Shown piece by piece: positions 9,675-20,990 of a DNA stretch of 34,512 bases (position 1 is its first letter; each line of letters begins with the position of its first letter). A program made the position numbers and the translations under genes. A model generated the notes under the pieces. That model ran no database searches. It saw nothing but the letters and a program-made list of their open reading frames with translations, and was not told the DNA's origin. The stretch is from Octopus bimaculoides (lineage: Eukaryota), in NCBI RefSeq assembly GCF_001194135.2, contig NC_068984.1:66599324-66633835 (forward strand). The letters are read 5' to 3'.

Positions 9675-10251
9675 GAGTGAGAGAGCAGGCCATGCCATCA
9701 AAGTAACACTATGGTAAAATATAAGAAGCCCGGTATACCTATCATGACTTCCCATCTGATAAGGGTAGACCAGGCACATGCATCACAACCATATATGTGT
9801 GACATGGTGATCTCATATCAAGATAAACTATTCATGACCTTGCAGGTGGGACCCAGTTATAATTTTCTTCAGGCCAGGTAGCCCATCCCATTCAAAAGGT
9901 CTCTGAATAAGGGTTGTTTAAGGATGTTGAATGAAGCACCTATGGTTCCGGAGGTGAATTATTTAAATCGCAAAGAGTTCCTCTCAATACATGGCTATGA
10001 TGCCCCCCACCACTACTTCTGCTTGTGATTAGAGATGCACATATTTTCAGCCACCAAGAGACATGCTCAACTGATTAAGGTCAAGCAACTGACAAGCAAA
10101 TCTGTGGTATTGAGTAGAATATTTGCTGTAGCCCATCTTTAACAAAACATGTATGACAAAACATGTACATGACAAAACATGTACATGGTAGCACTTCCAA
10201 TCAGTTAAGATCAGAAGCCATCAGAGCCAGTGCCTGGTACTGCGTCAGGGC
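9674..10251. mobile_element. ~580-bp non-coding interspersed element bounded by (ATT)n tracts
   Basis: GC-richer ORF-less block between ATT arrays, with an internal 16-bp unit gacaaaacatgtacat x~3. I recall similar sequence as a common Octopus repeat (unverified). Confidence 0.6.
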
Positions 10252-10275
10252 AGTTATTATCATTATTATTATTAT

Positions 10276-11460
10276 GTTTGTCTCCTTTCCTGCAGATTCT
10301 ACATTAGCTGTCTGAGTTTTGTCGATCTTTGCTTTTATTAGATTTGTTCAAAGGGCTTGTTTGTTCCTGAGCAGCTACAATTAGCATTTCTGTCTCTTGT
10401 TTCAAGTTTCTGACCATCAGCCAGATCCAGTGATCTTTACTGTTAACATTCTTGGCTTGTTGCATGAATTAGCCATGCAATTCCATTTGTTTATTCTGTT
10501 GTTCTTCCTTTCTCTTTGGATTCTCTTGCTGTTTTTGGTATCTTTTTGGGTATCTCTGGATGTTAATAGTATTCTTTCTTTACTCAACATAATTTCCAGA
10601 TTCAGTATTGTAGTATTAACAGTGTTTTCTGTGTTTAATAATCCTGTGCCACCTTCTTTTCTTGGTAGGGATTAGTCAGCATTACTTTTAGGATGGGATG
10701 CATTGTGAGCAGTTTTTCAGTGCTTCTATCCAAGTTCTGTAGCTCAACTTTTGTCCAATTCAGAAAGGGAGCAGATTATCTCAATAATACTGGCATAGCC
10801 CATGTATTTATGGCTTTAATGACATGCCTTCATTTAATTTTGTTTTGAGTACCTTCCTAATTCTCCTTTTCCCTTATTTACTGGCTTTCTGATTTCTCCT
10901 TCCATTGTTGCATTGTCTTGTAGCACTTCTAGATATTTGTACCCCTCATTATTCCACAGCGATCCAATGATATCTTGTGGTAATTTTATGCCATCACATT
11001 TTACATTCAGGCCTCTAATCATAATTAATACTGCACACTTATTTACCCCAAACTCCATTCCAATATCTTTATGGAATCAAAGAATCTAGGGGCTGTCTCA
11101 TTTTTTGCATTTAGCTTGGAGGTTATCCATATAAAGTAGGTGATTTATTCTCATCTTGGATTTGTTAAATTCATAGGCAGGCCTGGATTTTCTTTCTAGT
11201 GCAATGATGAAGAGTAATCATGAGAGTGTGTCTCCCTGGAATATATACCTGCATATTATCACATTGGCTAGCAATTCAGCTCTGCTTGCCACACTCTTAT
11301 TGCTTCCTCCCAAAAGTTGTTTATCTTCTCATTGATTCTGGTCATCCTCAGATATTCCAAGAGCCAGCTATGTGGATCATTGTCATTAGCCTTCCTGTAA
11401 TCTATTCCTCCAACAGCTAATATTCTAGCTATATATAGCAGATAAGCAGTGTCCCTTAAT
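10276..11460 (-). mobile_element. Decayed R4/Dong-like RT fragment (RT domain to zinc knuckle start)
   Basis: IDYRKANDNDPHSWLLEYLRM, GIFQGDTLS, INHLLYMDN (from YMDD), MEFGVNKCAVL, EGYKYLEVLQ, LKQETEMLIVAAQEQ, CRIC; many stops and frameshifts. Confidence 0.9.
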
Positions 11461-11461
11461 C

Positions 11462-11462
<1 letters not shown>

Positions 11463-11536
<74 letters not shown>
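11463..11536. repeat. (ATT)~25 microsatellite
   Basis: Direct reading. Confidence 0.97.
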
Positions 11537-11539
11537 CAT

Positions 11540-11760
11540 GGCAAGCTGGCAGAATTGTTAGCATGCCAGGCAAAATGCTTAATGGTATTTCATCCGTCTT
11601 TATGTTCTGGGTGGAAATTCCACTGAGGTCGACTTTGCCTTTCATCTTTTTGGAGTCAATAAAATAAGTACCAATTGAACACTAGGGGTGATGCAATTGA
11701 CTTACCCCATCACCCACAATTGCTGGCTTTCTGCCAAAATTTGAAATCATTATTATTATT
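11540..11760 (+). mobile_element. SINE group B, full length
   Basis: ggcaagctggcagaattgttagc...gaggtcgactttgcctttcatc...gccaaaatttgaaatc plus (ATT)n. Confidence 0.9.
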
Positions 11761-11779
11761 GTTGTTTTTATTATTATAA

Positions 11780-13300
11780 TATCTAAAATACTCAGTTTGT
11801 TACAGGAGATATTATTAATGTATCAGCTATTTACTTGCCATAAACTAAGGTAGTATGTTCTTTTGAAGCCTTGAAGACTTTGCAGAGATTCCTTACACTG
11901 CTAATCATGTTGTTTTCTGGATTTACTCTATTTTCATTTTCATGTCTCTTTTTCCAATCACTTTTCAATGTTTTTGCTCACAGTAGTTAGGGCAGCAACA
12001 GTTATCGATATGACCTTAGTCATATTATGTCAGTTTTCGTTTTTTTTTTTTTTTTTTTTATGATTCTGTTGTCCTCTGAGTTTGTGATGTCTATGAACAG
12101 GCACAATTTTCCTCCTTTCTCTACCAGCATAATATTGGGTTTCTGATGTTCGATTCTATGATCATATTGGATCATGAAGCCCCAAAGTCTTCATTTTCTA
12201 CCACACACTTAGGTTTCTGTTTGCACAATTTTCTCTCCTCTTACCATTCAGGTTCATTACATAGTTCCAAGTGAACCATTCTAGCAATTTTGTCATTCCT
12301 TCTCATCTATTCTTTGGGCCAATTTGCTGCATTTGTTTAAAATATGCCACACTTTCTCTCCAGTTTCACCACACACTCTACATTTGCCAGATTTGAGGTA
12401 TGGTTAATTCTGTGCTTGATGTTTTTTGTTTTAAACTTGATGTAATTTGTTCTTGTGCTGTACATATCAAGGCCTCTGTTTCAGCTTTCAAGTCATTTTT
12501 TTGGAACCACATTCATCTTTAATTTTTTTTCTATGTTCCTTGGTAACTTTCTCAAGAACTGACTGTGAATCTTTTCATACTTCTAGTTGTTTTCTCACTT
12601 TATTTCTGTTTTTATTTTGTAATTCATCTTGTCCTGACTGCTTTTTGTCAGGTAGTGCTTCCATTGTATTTGTTAAATTCCAAGCAATATTGTGTTTTTT
12701 TCTTCTTTTTTTGATTTAATGCAATCCTTACAACTTATCATTTCCAATCCTATTATTTTTCTTCTCAGGTATAGTCAGTCAGCATCACTTTTCATGTGGA
12801 ACAGACCATGTATTGTCAGCAGTTTCTTTTATTTTCTTGCCCAGAGATTACAGTTCCTCAACTTACCAATGCATCACTCCTTCTCTATATCTCAAGAGAG
12901 TGATTACTCATGTATTTACTGTTTGGATTTATTCTTACAATTCAGCTTAGTTCTCCGATTCATTCTCAGCTTCCTGTAATATTCCTGAGAGAATATTTTC
13001 TTCATTTGGGTTTCCATCAATTCACCTACTTCCAATATGCCTAGACATCTGTATTCTTCCTTGTTATTCTCTTCATTTTCTCTCCCATGAGTTATTTCAT
13101 ATCATCCACTTGTTGGGCTTCACCTCTATTTTATAATCAGCATACCATACTTTTTCCATCTAAATTCTATTCTAATGCCTGCTTTAAAAATGTGAAAAAG
13201 TGAATCTAGCTACTTTTTGCCTTTCCTATAAAACTTCAGGTTTCCATAAAAAGTAGTTGGCATATCTTATCTTTCTTTCCTTGAACTCATACCTAACATT
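11780..13300 (-). mobile_element. Decayed R4/Dong-like fragment from RT motif 5 to the 3' end
   Basis: QLLFME (cf. HLLFMDD), DIRIEF..YGMLIIK, EEYRCLGILEVG, RNDKIARMVHLELC, TVSKNIEK*LEK, IQK near 11900; ends in an AAT-type tail. Confidence 0.75.
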
Positions 13301-13309
13301 TGTCTTTTC

Positions 13310-14030
13310 TCATTATATTTCTATTATTATTGTTATTCTGTTATCTCATTGTGAAAGTGTTGAACCAGAATACTTTCTCCTTGAGATCAAACTACAACCA
13401 GCAGCTTTAAGTCTCAAAGAATCTTATGATCCATGTTGTTCCAAGCAGCACAGCTTTCTGCTGCAGCTCCATGCTCTTTTTGTGTTGTAACTAACATCAG
13501 GATTTGAGATTGATAGTTACCGTTCCAAATTGGAGTTATGCTTGCTCCTTTAAGTTACAGATCTTCTACAGTTCTTTTCATTCTACTTTAGTTGGTTATT
13601 TTTTCTCTTACCTTTTACTTTTTATATTATTATCCCTGGACATTGCTATGTCAGTAATGTTAAGTCTTCTATTTTTTTGGCCTTTGTGTTCTGTTACAGA
13701 TCAGTTTGTACATTAATCTCTCAAATGATTTTAACATTGGTATTCTCCATAACACTTTTTTTTTTAGGTTTGTGGTTATACCATTTGATCTCACCAATAC
13801 GACCATTTTCTCTGACACTCTTTTAGATGGATGATTCTAGCAATGTTATGTCTGAGCTTATATACAGTTTGTGCTATTTTTGAACATTCTGACATTACAT
13901 TGACGATTGACTTGTCCTTTACATAATCTCTACTTTTCCAGTACATCTTATTGATATTTTTCTGTATCATATTTACCTAATGAGCTTGATCCTGGGTTGC
14001 AGATATCCACCATTTTTGGTAGATATGTGA
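13310..14030 (-). mobile_element. Second decayed R4/Dong-like 3' fragment (knuckle plus RLE)
   Basis: ATQDQA, SECSKIAQ, NIARIIH, WYNHKP..MENTNVKII*EINVQTD, ITDIAMSRD, LGTVTINL, LQQKAVLLGTTWIIR; AAT-rich tail near 13310-13350. Confidence 0.75.
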
Positions 14031-14039
14031 TCTATTTGT

Positions 14040-14300
14040 CTCCAAGTTGAATGGAGAGAGATAAAGTGGAGCTGCTATCTCTCAATACAGACCATCCACT
14101 TCACAAAAGATAAGTTGGTGGTCCTGGATATGAACAATAGTGGAAGGGGAGCCTTCAGACAATGTTTATACTTGGACAAAGATAGGACAGATGGTTTTCT
14201 TCAAGTGTCTAGACGTTTTCATAGGCATGTGCTGCTCTTTAGTGGTAATGGGTAACTAGAACTCCATCTTGGATGTGCATTTGTGGCTAGATGATAGGAG
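14040..14300 (+). mobile_element. Possible Penelope-like element remnant (GIY-YIG C-terminus plus pLTR-like end)
   Basis: LNTDH/HFTKDKLVVLDMN then *WKGSLQTMFI across frameshifts resembles the end of Penelope GIY-YIG domains; nearby opposite-strand ctaaaga...gaaaacgtc. Confidence 0.35.
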
Positions 14301-14409
14301 AGTGGGGTGCAAAAGCTTCACAAGCCTGGTAAGACAATTTTTACAGTGTAACAGGTACTGACTAAATTTCCAGAATGTGGCAAGTGGAGCAAACACAAAG
14401 CACAGACAA

Positions 14410-14503
14410 ATAAAATAGATTTGCTGAAAGTGCCATGCTGTGGGATTGAACTGAGAACCATATGGTTTCAAAGTGAGTTTCTTAACCTCACAGCCATTGT
14501 GGC
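14410..14503 (-). mobile_element. SINE group A head fragment
   Basis: gtgccatgctgtgggattgaac...aaccatatggtt...cacagcca. Confidence 0.75.
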
Positions 14504-14796
14504 ATCTATTCTGTATAGATAGCGAAACAATGAATTACCAACATTTGAACCCTTGCTGATACACAATAGTTTAATCTTTAATTTAATTTGTCAAATTGTC
14601 TACATATATAGCATGCTTGCACATATACACACATATCTATATTTGGAGTTATGAGCTTGTAATACTATGAATACTGACATGTAGTAGGTCTATGATTATA
14701 ATCTTTATACATCTTGATATTAATCTAGTCTTTTGTCAATGCTTTTATCATATTATGTCAGCTTCTAATTTTATGGCTATAAAAAGATAACCTTAC

Positions 14797-15014
14797 TTCT
14801 ATCACTTTGCCAATTTGTTACTATCAATAACATTCTTTTAAGAACTCTTAATTCTTCTGGATACTTAGCAGTACAAAATGTAATAGTATGACCAGTGCTG
14901 CCTATAATTAAACCAGTTGAAGAACACACCATTCTTTTCTTTTCTTCTTTTTTTCCTGTCATAGTGTTTGTCTTGCTTCAGTGTAGGATCTGATCAGCTT
15001 TTGACTAATGTGAC
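14797..15014 (-). other. Candidate exon with possible start (MTGKKEEKKRMVCSSTG...QSDR), unverified
   Basis: Donor GAA|gtaagg at 14796; weak acceptor atatttag at 15015. ATG at 14962 is open to the donor (phase 1). The same tract is also a strong plus-strand acceptor at 14964, so the call is ambiguous. Confidence 0.2.
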
Positions 15015-15123
15015 CTAAATATTACTCTAATCAACATATCACTCTATCTAATTGAAGGCCCCCAATTTCCTGTTATAAGGAGACTGATAATAGAAGGCAG
15101 TATTTGAGCTCTGAAATTTTCTT

Positions 15124-15364
15124 TCTTCATCATCGTTTAACATCTACTTTTTCTTGTTTGTGTGGGTTGGATGGAATTTGTTGATGTGGATTTTAATACA
15201 GTCAGATGCCCATCCTGCTGCCAACCATCACCTGTTTCCAAGTAACTTGATATTCCCCATTACCATATATGTTTTCACTAAATATTGAAGATGAAAACTG
15301 TTTTCATAAGGGTAACATTTGTTGACAACAATCACGTGATGTCAAGGTGAGGAGACAGTAATGT

Positions 15365-15410
<46 letters not shown>

Positions 15411-15553
15411 GACAGGCTTCTTTGAGTTTCCATCTACCAAATCCTCTCATAAGGTTTAGGTAATAGTAGAAAACACTTTCCTGAAGTGCCATGCAGAGGG
15501 AATGAACTTGAGGCCATGGTTGAGAGGCAAACTTTTTACCACACAGCTACACC
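15124..15553 (-). mobile_element. SINE group A tail type 2
   Basis: Head (tttaccacacagct, gtgccatgcagagggaatgaac), (CA)~20 at 15366-15405, RTE-like tail ending cttcatcatcgtttaac. Confidence 0.85.
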
Positions 15554-15683
15554 TATATTCTTCTCTAACAGTTCAGTGATTTTTAAATGTCTGTAATTTG
15601 TCTTTCTAATAAATGAGGATTAAGAATTGTCTTCAATTTTCACCACTTCTATTTTCTATATATCTGTATACTTTCTTTTATAT

Positions 15684-16146
15684 ATCATCATCATTTAACA
15701 TCTGTTGTCCATGCTGGCATGGGTTAGACAGTTTGATCAGGGCTGATAAGTTGGGGGGGCTGCATCAAAGTCCGATCTGATTTGGCATGGTTTTTACAGC
15801 TTGATGCCTTTCCTAATGCCAACCACTCTGAGAATGTAATGGGTACTTTTACATGCAATCAGCATGGGTGCCAGTTGCGTGACACCAGTATCTGCCAAAG
15901 CTATGATTTCACTTGGCTTCATGGGTTTTTTTCTCAAGCATGGCATATTGCCAAAGGTCTTGGTCTTATGTCATTGTCTCTGTGAGGCCCAATGCTTGAA
16001 AGGTGCTTTTTACGTGCCTCTAGCACAGGTGCCACTTATGCAATACTGGCATCAGACACATTGCCTCTGTGAAGTCCAACACTCAACAGGTGCATTTTAT
16101 GTGCCTCCAGTATAGGTACCAGATGCCTCTGTGAGGCCCAACTCTC
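15684..16146 (-). mobile_element. Longer 3' portion of the (GAT)n-tailed RTE-like family
   Basis: Minus strand ends cccatgccagcatgg...gttaaatgatgatgat; internal subrepeats ggcac(a/g)taaaa.gcacc and gggcctcacagag; truncated at (TA)n. Confidence 0.8.
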
Positions 16147-16149
16147 ATT

Positions 16150-16182
<33 letters not shown>

Positions 16183-16194
16183 ATATATATATAT

Positions 16195-16650
16195 NNNNNN
16201 NNNNNNNNNNNNNNNNNNNNNNNNNNNNNNNNNNNNNNNNNNNNNNNNNNNNNNNNNNNNNNNNNNNNNNNNNNNNNNNNNNNNNNNNNNNNNNNNNNNN
16301 NNNNNNNNNNNNNNNNNNNNNNNNNNNNNNNNNNNNNNNNNNNNNNNNNNNNNNNNNNNNNNNNNNNNNNNNNNNNNNNNNNNNNNNNNNNNNNNNNNNN
16401 NNNNNNNNNNNNNNNNNNNNNNNNNNNNNNNNNNNNNNNNNNNNNNNNNNNNNNNNNNNNNNNNNNNNNNNNNNNNNNNNNNNNNNNNNNNNNNNNNNNN
16501 NNNNNNNNNNNNNNNNNNNNNNNNNNNNNNNNNNNNNNNNNNNNNNNNNNNNNNNNNNNNNNNNNNNNNNNNNNNNNNNNNNNNNNNNNNNNNNNNNNNN
16601 NNNNNNNNNNNNNNNNNNNNNNNNNNNNNNNNNNNNNNNNNNNNNNNNNN
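16195..16650. other. Assembly gap flanked by (TA)n
   Basis: N run. Confidence 0.99.
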
Positions 16651-16890
16651 TATATATATATTTATATTTATATATTTTTATATTTGATCCTTTATATTGA
16701 ACACTCAATATTTCATCTACATTCAATACTTTCTTTCATGGTGCCATCCATTTTTATTTTATTTTATTTTATATTGTATATTGTATATTATATTATATAT
16801 TGTATATTCCATATTCTATACCCCACATTAGTTCTGCAGGAATATAAATAAAACATAAAAAACAGACAGTGTTGGAACTCTTTTAAGCAA

Positions 16891-16928
<38 letters not shown>

Positions 16929-18061
16929 GTTGGCATAGTTAATGAAATAAAGTGATAGATATGGTAAATAGTTCTAGTGGTCAAAAATGAGAAATTTGAC
17001 TCTTGCTTTGGTCTCACATTTGCATTTTGTTGGAAGTTTCAAACTTACAAAACTAAAATAAGAATTTCATATCCACAACAATTTGAACTTCATTTTGGAA
17101 GAAACAAAAAAAAAAGAAAAAATGCATATTAAAAAAGTAGAATTGAATGAAGAAGATGTAAGGGTGAGAGGTAGGAAGAATATCTAACTGATGTGAATAG
17201 ATGATCTTTTAGACACCCTCTTCTCTCTCTCTCTCCCTCTCTTTATATATATGCATTTGTGTGTGTGTCTGTGTGTGTTTGTCTGTTTCTGTTTATTTAT
17301 GTACATTGTATTAAAAATGGAAATAATTTGGAGAAAATGATAAAGATATATTACGTTTATGAAGTTGTGTTGCAAGATAAAAAGCTAATATAGTATATAT
17401 TCATTTTCTTTTGGTACACACACACAGAATGTACACACTTTTTTATGTACACTCACACATACGTACATACATACATACATACATACATACATAAACTAGG
17501 GACAAATTTATAAAAGAAAAGACACTGCTCTCCCTTCATATACATATATATTAATTTATACAAGCAAATAACGGAAAGGCATACATATACATGAAATATA
17601 TTTCTTGTCTACAGTTCTTAGATGATGATTACAGTTTGTATTAAAATTGACTTTTGATATTTCAGATGAAGTTTATATTCTTTAGTGAACAATAACCACT
17701 TAAATTAATCTTTTATTCAACATATTCCTAACTGTTGTGTGTGTGTTTTTTTTAAAATCTAATCTGTAGCTATAAATAATTTTGAACCCTTTCCTTGAAT
17801 CTAAATCCAACAAAAGGTAATGTATAGAAGCGAATACATATAAATATATGAGGCTACTGACATAGAGATGGATGTGTTTTAAAACAAAGAATATGATTAT
17901 TTATTATAATTTATGCATAATTATTTAGATGAAATATATTTACAACTTGCAATAACCATGCCTTAGTAAAAAAAAAAAAATTCTCAATGGCTGTGGTTAC
18001 TGCCATTAAACATAGAAAGAGATATAATATTATTTTTCAACCCTTTCGGAGAAGAAACTCA

Positions 18062-18300
18062 CCTAGGCCATTGTCCAGTCTTGCATAAATGGTTCCAGCA
18101 GTATCCACGACTCCACACCAGCACCCAAGAGTGCCTTCGATTGGTCACAAGCATATCATTCTGTTACAATCTTCTGGCAAAGCAGGATAGCCAAAGTGAA
18201 CTTCAGAATTTTCATATCCTAGTACATCAACATTAACTCATGAGCAGATGGACATGCAGTCAACCTTTTATCATTTACAAATGGCCAAAGGGAAGACAGG
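18062..18300 (-). other. Candidate exon or unidentified TE remnant, GC-richer unique segment
   Basis: Consensus donor TAG|gtgagt at 18061; several possible acceptors. Every frame has stops, so the product is unknown. Confidence 0.3.
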
Positions 18301-18564
18301 AATTTGAAGAAAATACAATTTACGATTTGTAATCTATTGAAAGACCTTGCTAAAGTGCTTGCAATTTTACCTGTTGCCCTATTCTTACACAAACTTCACA
18401 ATATTGTCTACTTTCTTATTTGTATTACATTTTATTCAAAATATTGTGATCATTTAAATAAGATTTTAAAATTTAATATAGATTCCAATGTGATTTTCTT
18501 TCCTATGTGTTAATCACAGTTTTTTCACTAAATATTACATATCAACCCATATATTAATCTATCA

Positions 18565-18611
<47 letters not shown>

Positions 18612-19501
18612 TATAATCTAACATGTTGCTGTGTGACTGGTGCAAATGAAAAATTTGTATTCTTGCAATTTGAAAATAGTTCTGCCAAAATATAATTATC
18701 AGCTATTTTCTATTGTTGTGTTTTCCTAAATAAATTATTGACATAAAACTAAACCCTTATCATAAGGTTTAAGCTCAACAACAACAACTATTGCATTTCC
18801 TAAATGAATCTCCGAAGGGGAATTTGTTTTTGGATTTAAATTAATTCAATAAGAAAGAAATGCAAACATGCTTTGACCATTTTTGTATTCCATACTTTCT
18901 AGAAAACTATTGTAATGATTCAAAATCTAATGAATGTTGCAGTTTTTCTTTCTGTATCTAACTTTTCTTTGTTTGCTATTTTCATTTAGCTCAATAATAA
19001 ATTTTATTATATTAACAACTTATAATAAAGTAGAAAATAAAAAAGAAATACCACAGATTATATTGTTAATTGTAATTCTAAATTTTTATATTGATAACAT
19101 GACTTTCTTAGAGTAAATAGCTTTAAAATTCAGCATAACTTGTAAAGAATAGCAACTAAAGTGAATGTATTTTGCCTTTATTGAAAATATTTTGTTTGTT
19201 TGGCAAAGAATAATACTCTGCTGGAGTGTATGAGCTATGTAACTAGTTTTGTTATAATTTTATCAAATAAACTGAGCGTTAAGCTATAATTGAGAGGGCA
19301 ACATCTTCCTAACGATTGAATTCTAAGCTATGTTATGTAGCTAGTAATAATAATTTCTTAACATTGCTTTTGAATAAGTGCGATGATGTGGGTTGTCTCC
19401 CTTTGTTGAACCCCAAAAAGATAAAAAGTTGAATTGCATGCCATTTGGAAAACTCTCACACAAATATATATATATATGCATACATACGCACATACATACA
19501 C

Positions 19502-19554
<53 letters not shown>

Positions 19555-19788
19555 NNNNNNNNNNNNNNNNNNNNNNNNNNNNNNNNNNNNNNNNNNNNNN
19601 NNNNNNNNNNNNNNNNNNNNNNNNNNNNNNNNNNNNNNNNNNNNNNNNNNNNNNNNNNNNNNNNNNNNNNNNNNNNNNNNNNNNNNNNNNNNNNNNNNNN
19701 NNNNNNNNNNNNNNNNNNNNNNNNNNNNNNNNNNNNNNNNNNNNNNNNNNNNNNNNNNNNNNNNNNNNNNNNNNNNNNNNNNNNNNNN
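19555..19788. other. Assembly gap after (TA)n
   Basis: N run. Confidence 0.99.
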
Positions 19789-20691
19789 GTCATTGTGGAT
19801 ACAGCCTGAAATTCGTTTGGTAAACTATTTGTTCACACATTTGATTAAAAAGAAAATGCAGGAGTCAAAGATGGACTTATTCATCACCAATTTATTTGAT
19901 AAACTTCTATTAACTGAAGTTGTTTGAATTGTAAGATTATTTGTATTTATATGTATTTGTAAATAAGTATTTAGCTGCATGTCCGAAGGTAAAAATGTCA
20001 TTTAACTCATTTAAAAAGATTTTGTGTTGTTTTTTAGTGCAGTTTCTATTTTATTTTATTTTCTTTCTTTATTTATTTTAGTGAACGATTTACTTTATTT
20101 ATTAGTTTATATATATATATATTTAATTTCAAGTTTTTCATTACTGTTGCATGTCAGCTTAAATTAAATGGATTCAATGGAATCAAAAAGGATTTAGTGA
20201 ATGAAATAGTATGGAAAGCTATAGAATGAATAAAGTTATATGAACCCCGATTTATATTCAGCATATGAAAATGAACTGATTAAACTCCAACTAATAGGGC
20301 ATGTTATCCAAAATCCTCACACTTATAAGAACAGGCATACCATGCATGATGGATTGTTGTATATAGCTTACATCATTCAATAGTCATATTACATATATGC
20401 CAACAAGACCTTTGTACTTGTAATAATGTTTTAACTCTTCCTAAGTTACAAAGCTTCTTGGAAGTTAATTTGTTGCAATACAGTGATGCATTTCATGCAA
20501 ATTATTGGAAGTTACATAATGAAAGTGATTAAGTTAAAAAATAAAAGCAGAAACCTTATTGCAGGTATTGAAAATTTGTTGAATATTTAATGGTGTTACA
20601 TGTTGCTAACCTTATTAAGATGTTTGTCACCTCAAATAATGCTTGTGTTATTATTCATTCTTTAACTTCACACCTTCTTTGAACTTAGTTG

Positions 20692-20692
<1 letters not shown>

Positions 20693-20755
<63 letters not shown>

Positions 20756-20768
20756 ATTATTATTATTA
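20693..20768. repeat. (ATT)n microsatellite
   Basis: Direct reading. Confidence 0.95.
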
Positions 20769-20772
20769 ATTT

Positions 20773-20990
20773 GGCAGTGAGCTGGCAGAATAATTAGCAT
20801 GGCAAGCAAAATGTTTCACAGCATTTTTACTCATTTTTCATGTTCTGAGTTCATATCTTGCCAAGGTGAGTGTTGCCTTCCATCATTTTGGGGTCAATAA
20901 AATAAAAGCACCAGTCAAAGTACTGGGGGCGGGGGCTTGATGTAGTTGACTTGTGCCTCAAATTACTGGCCTTGTGCCAAAATTAGAAAT
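20773..20990 (+). mobile_element. SINE group B, diverged
   Basis: ggcagtgagctggcagaat...gttctgagttca...ttgccttccatc...ggccttgtgccaaaatt. Confidence 0.85.

Noticed and set aside
11268-11667. Poly-Asn and poly-Leu ORFs
   Set aside because: Chimeras of SINE, (ATT)n and LINE RT.
15782-16146. Repeat-spacer-like subrepeats that could suggest a CRISPR array
   Set aside because: Irregular, diverged tandem subrepeats inside a eukaryotic retroelement 3' region; no cas genes.
18040-18200. Faint likeness of ICL*PIEGT and LDNGLGEFLL to fructose-1,6-bisphosphatase motifs
   Set aside because: The catalytic Asp position is a stop and motif spacing does not match; probably chance.
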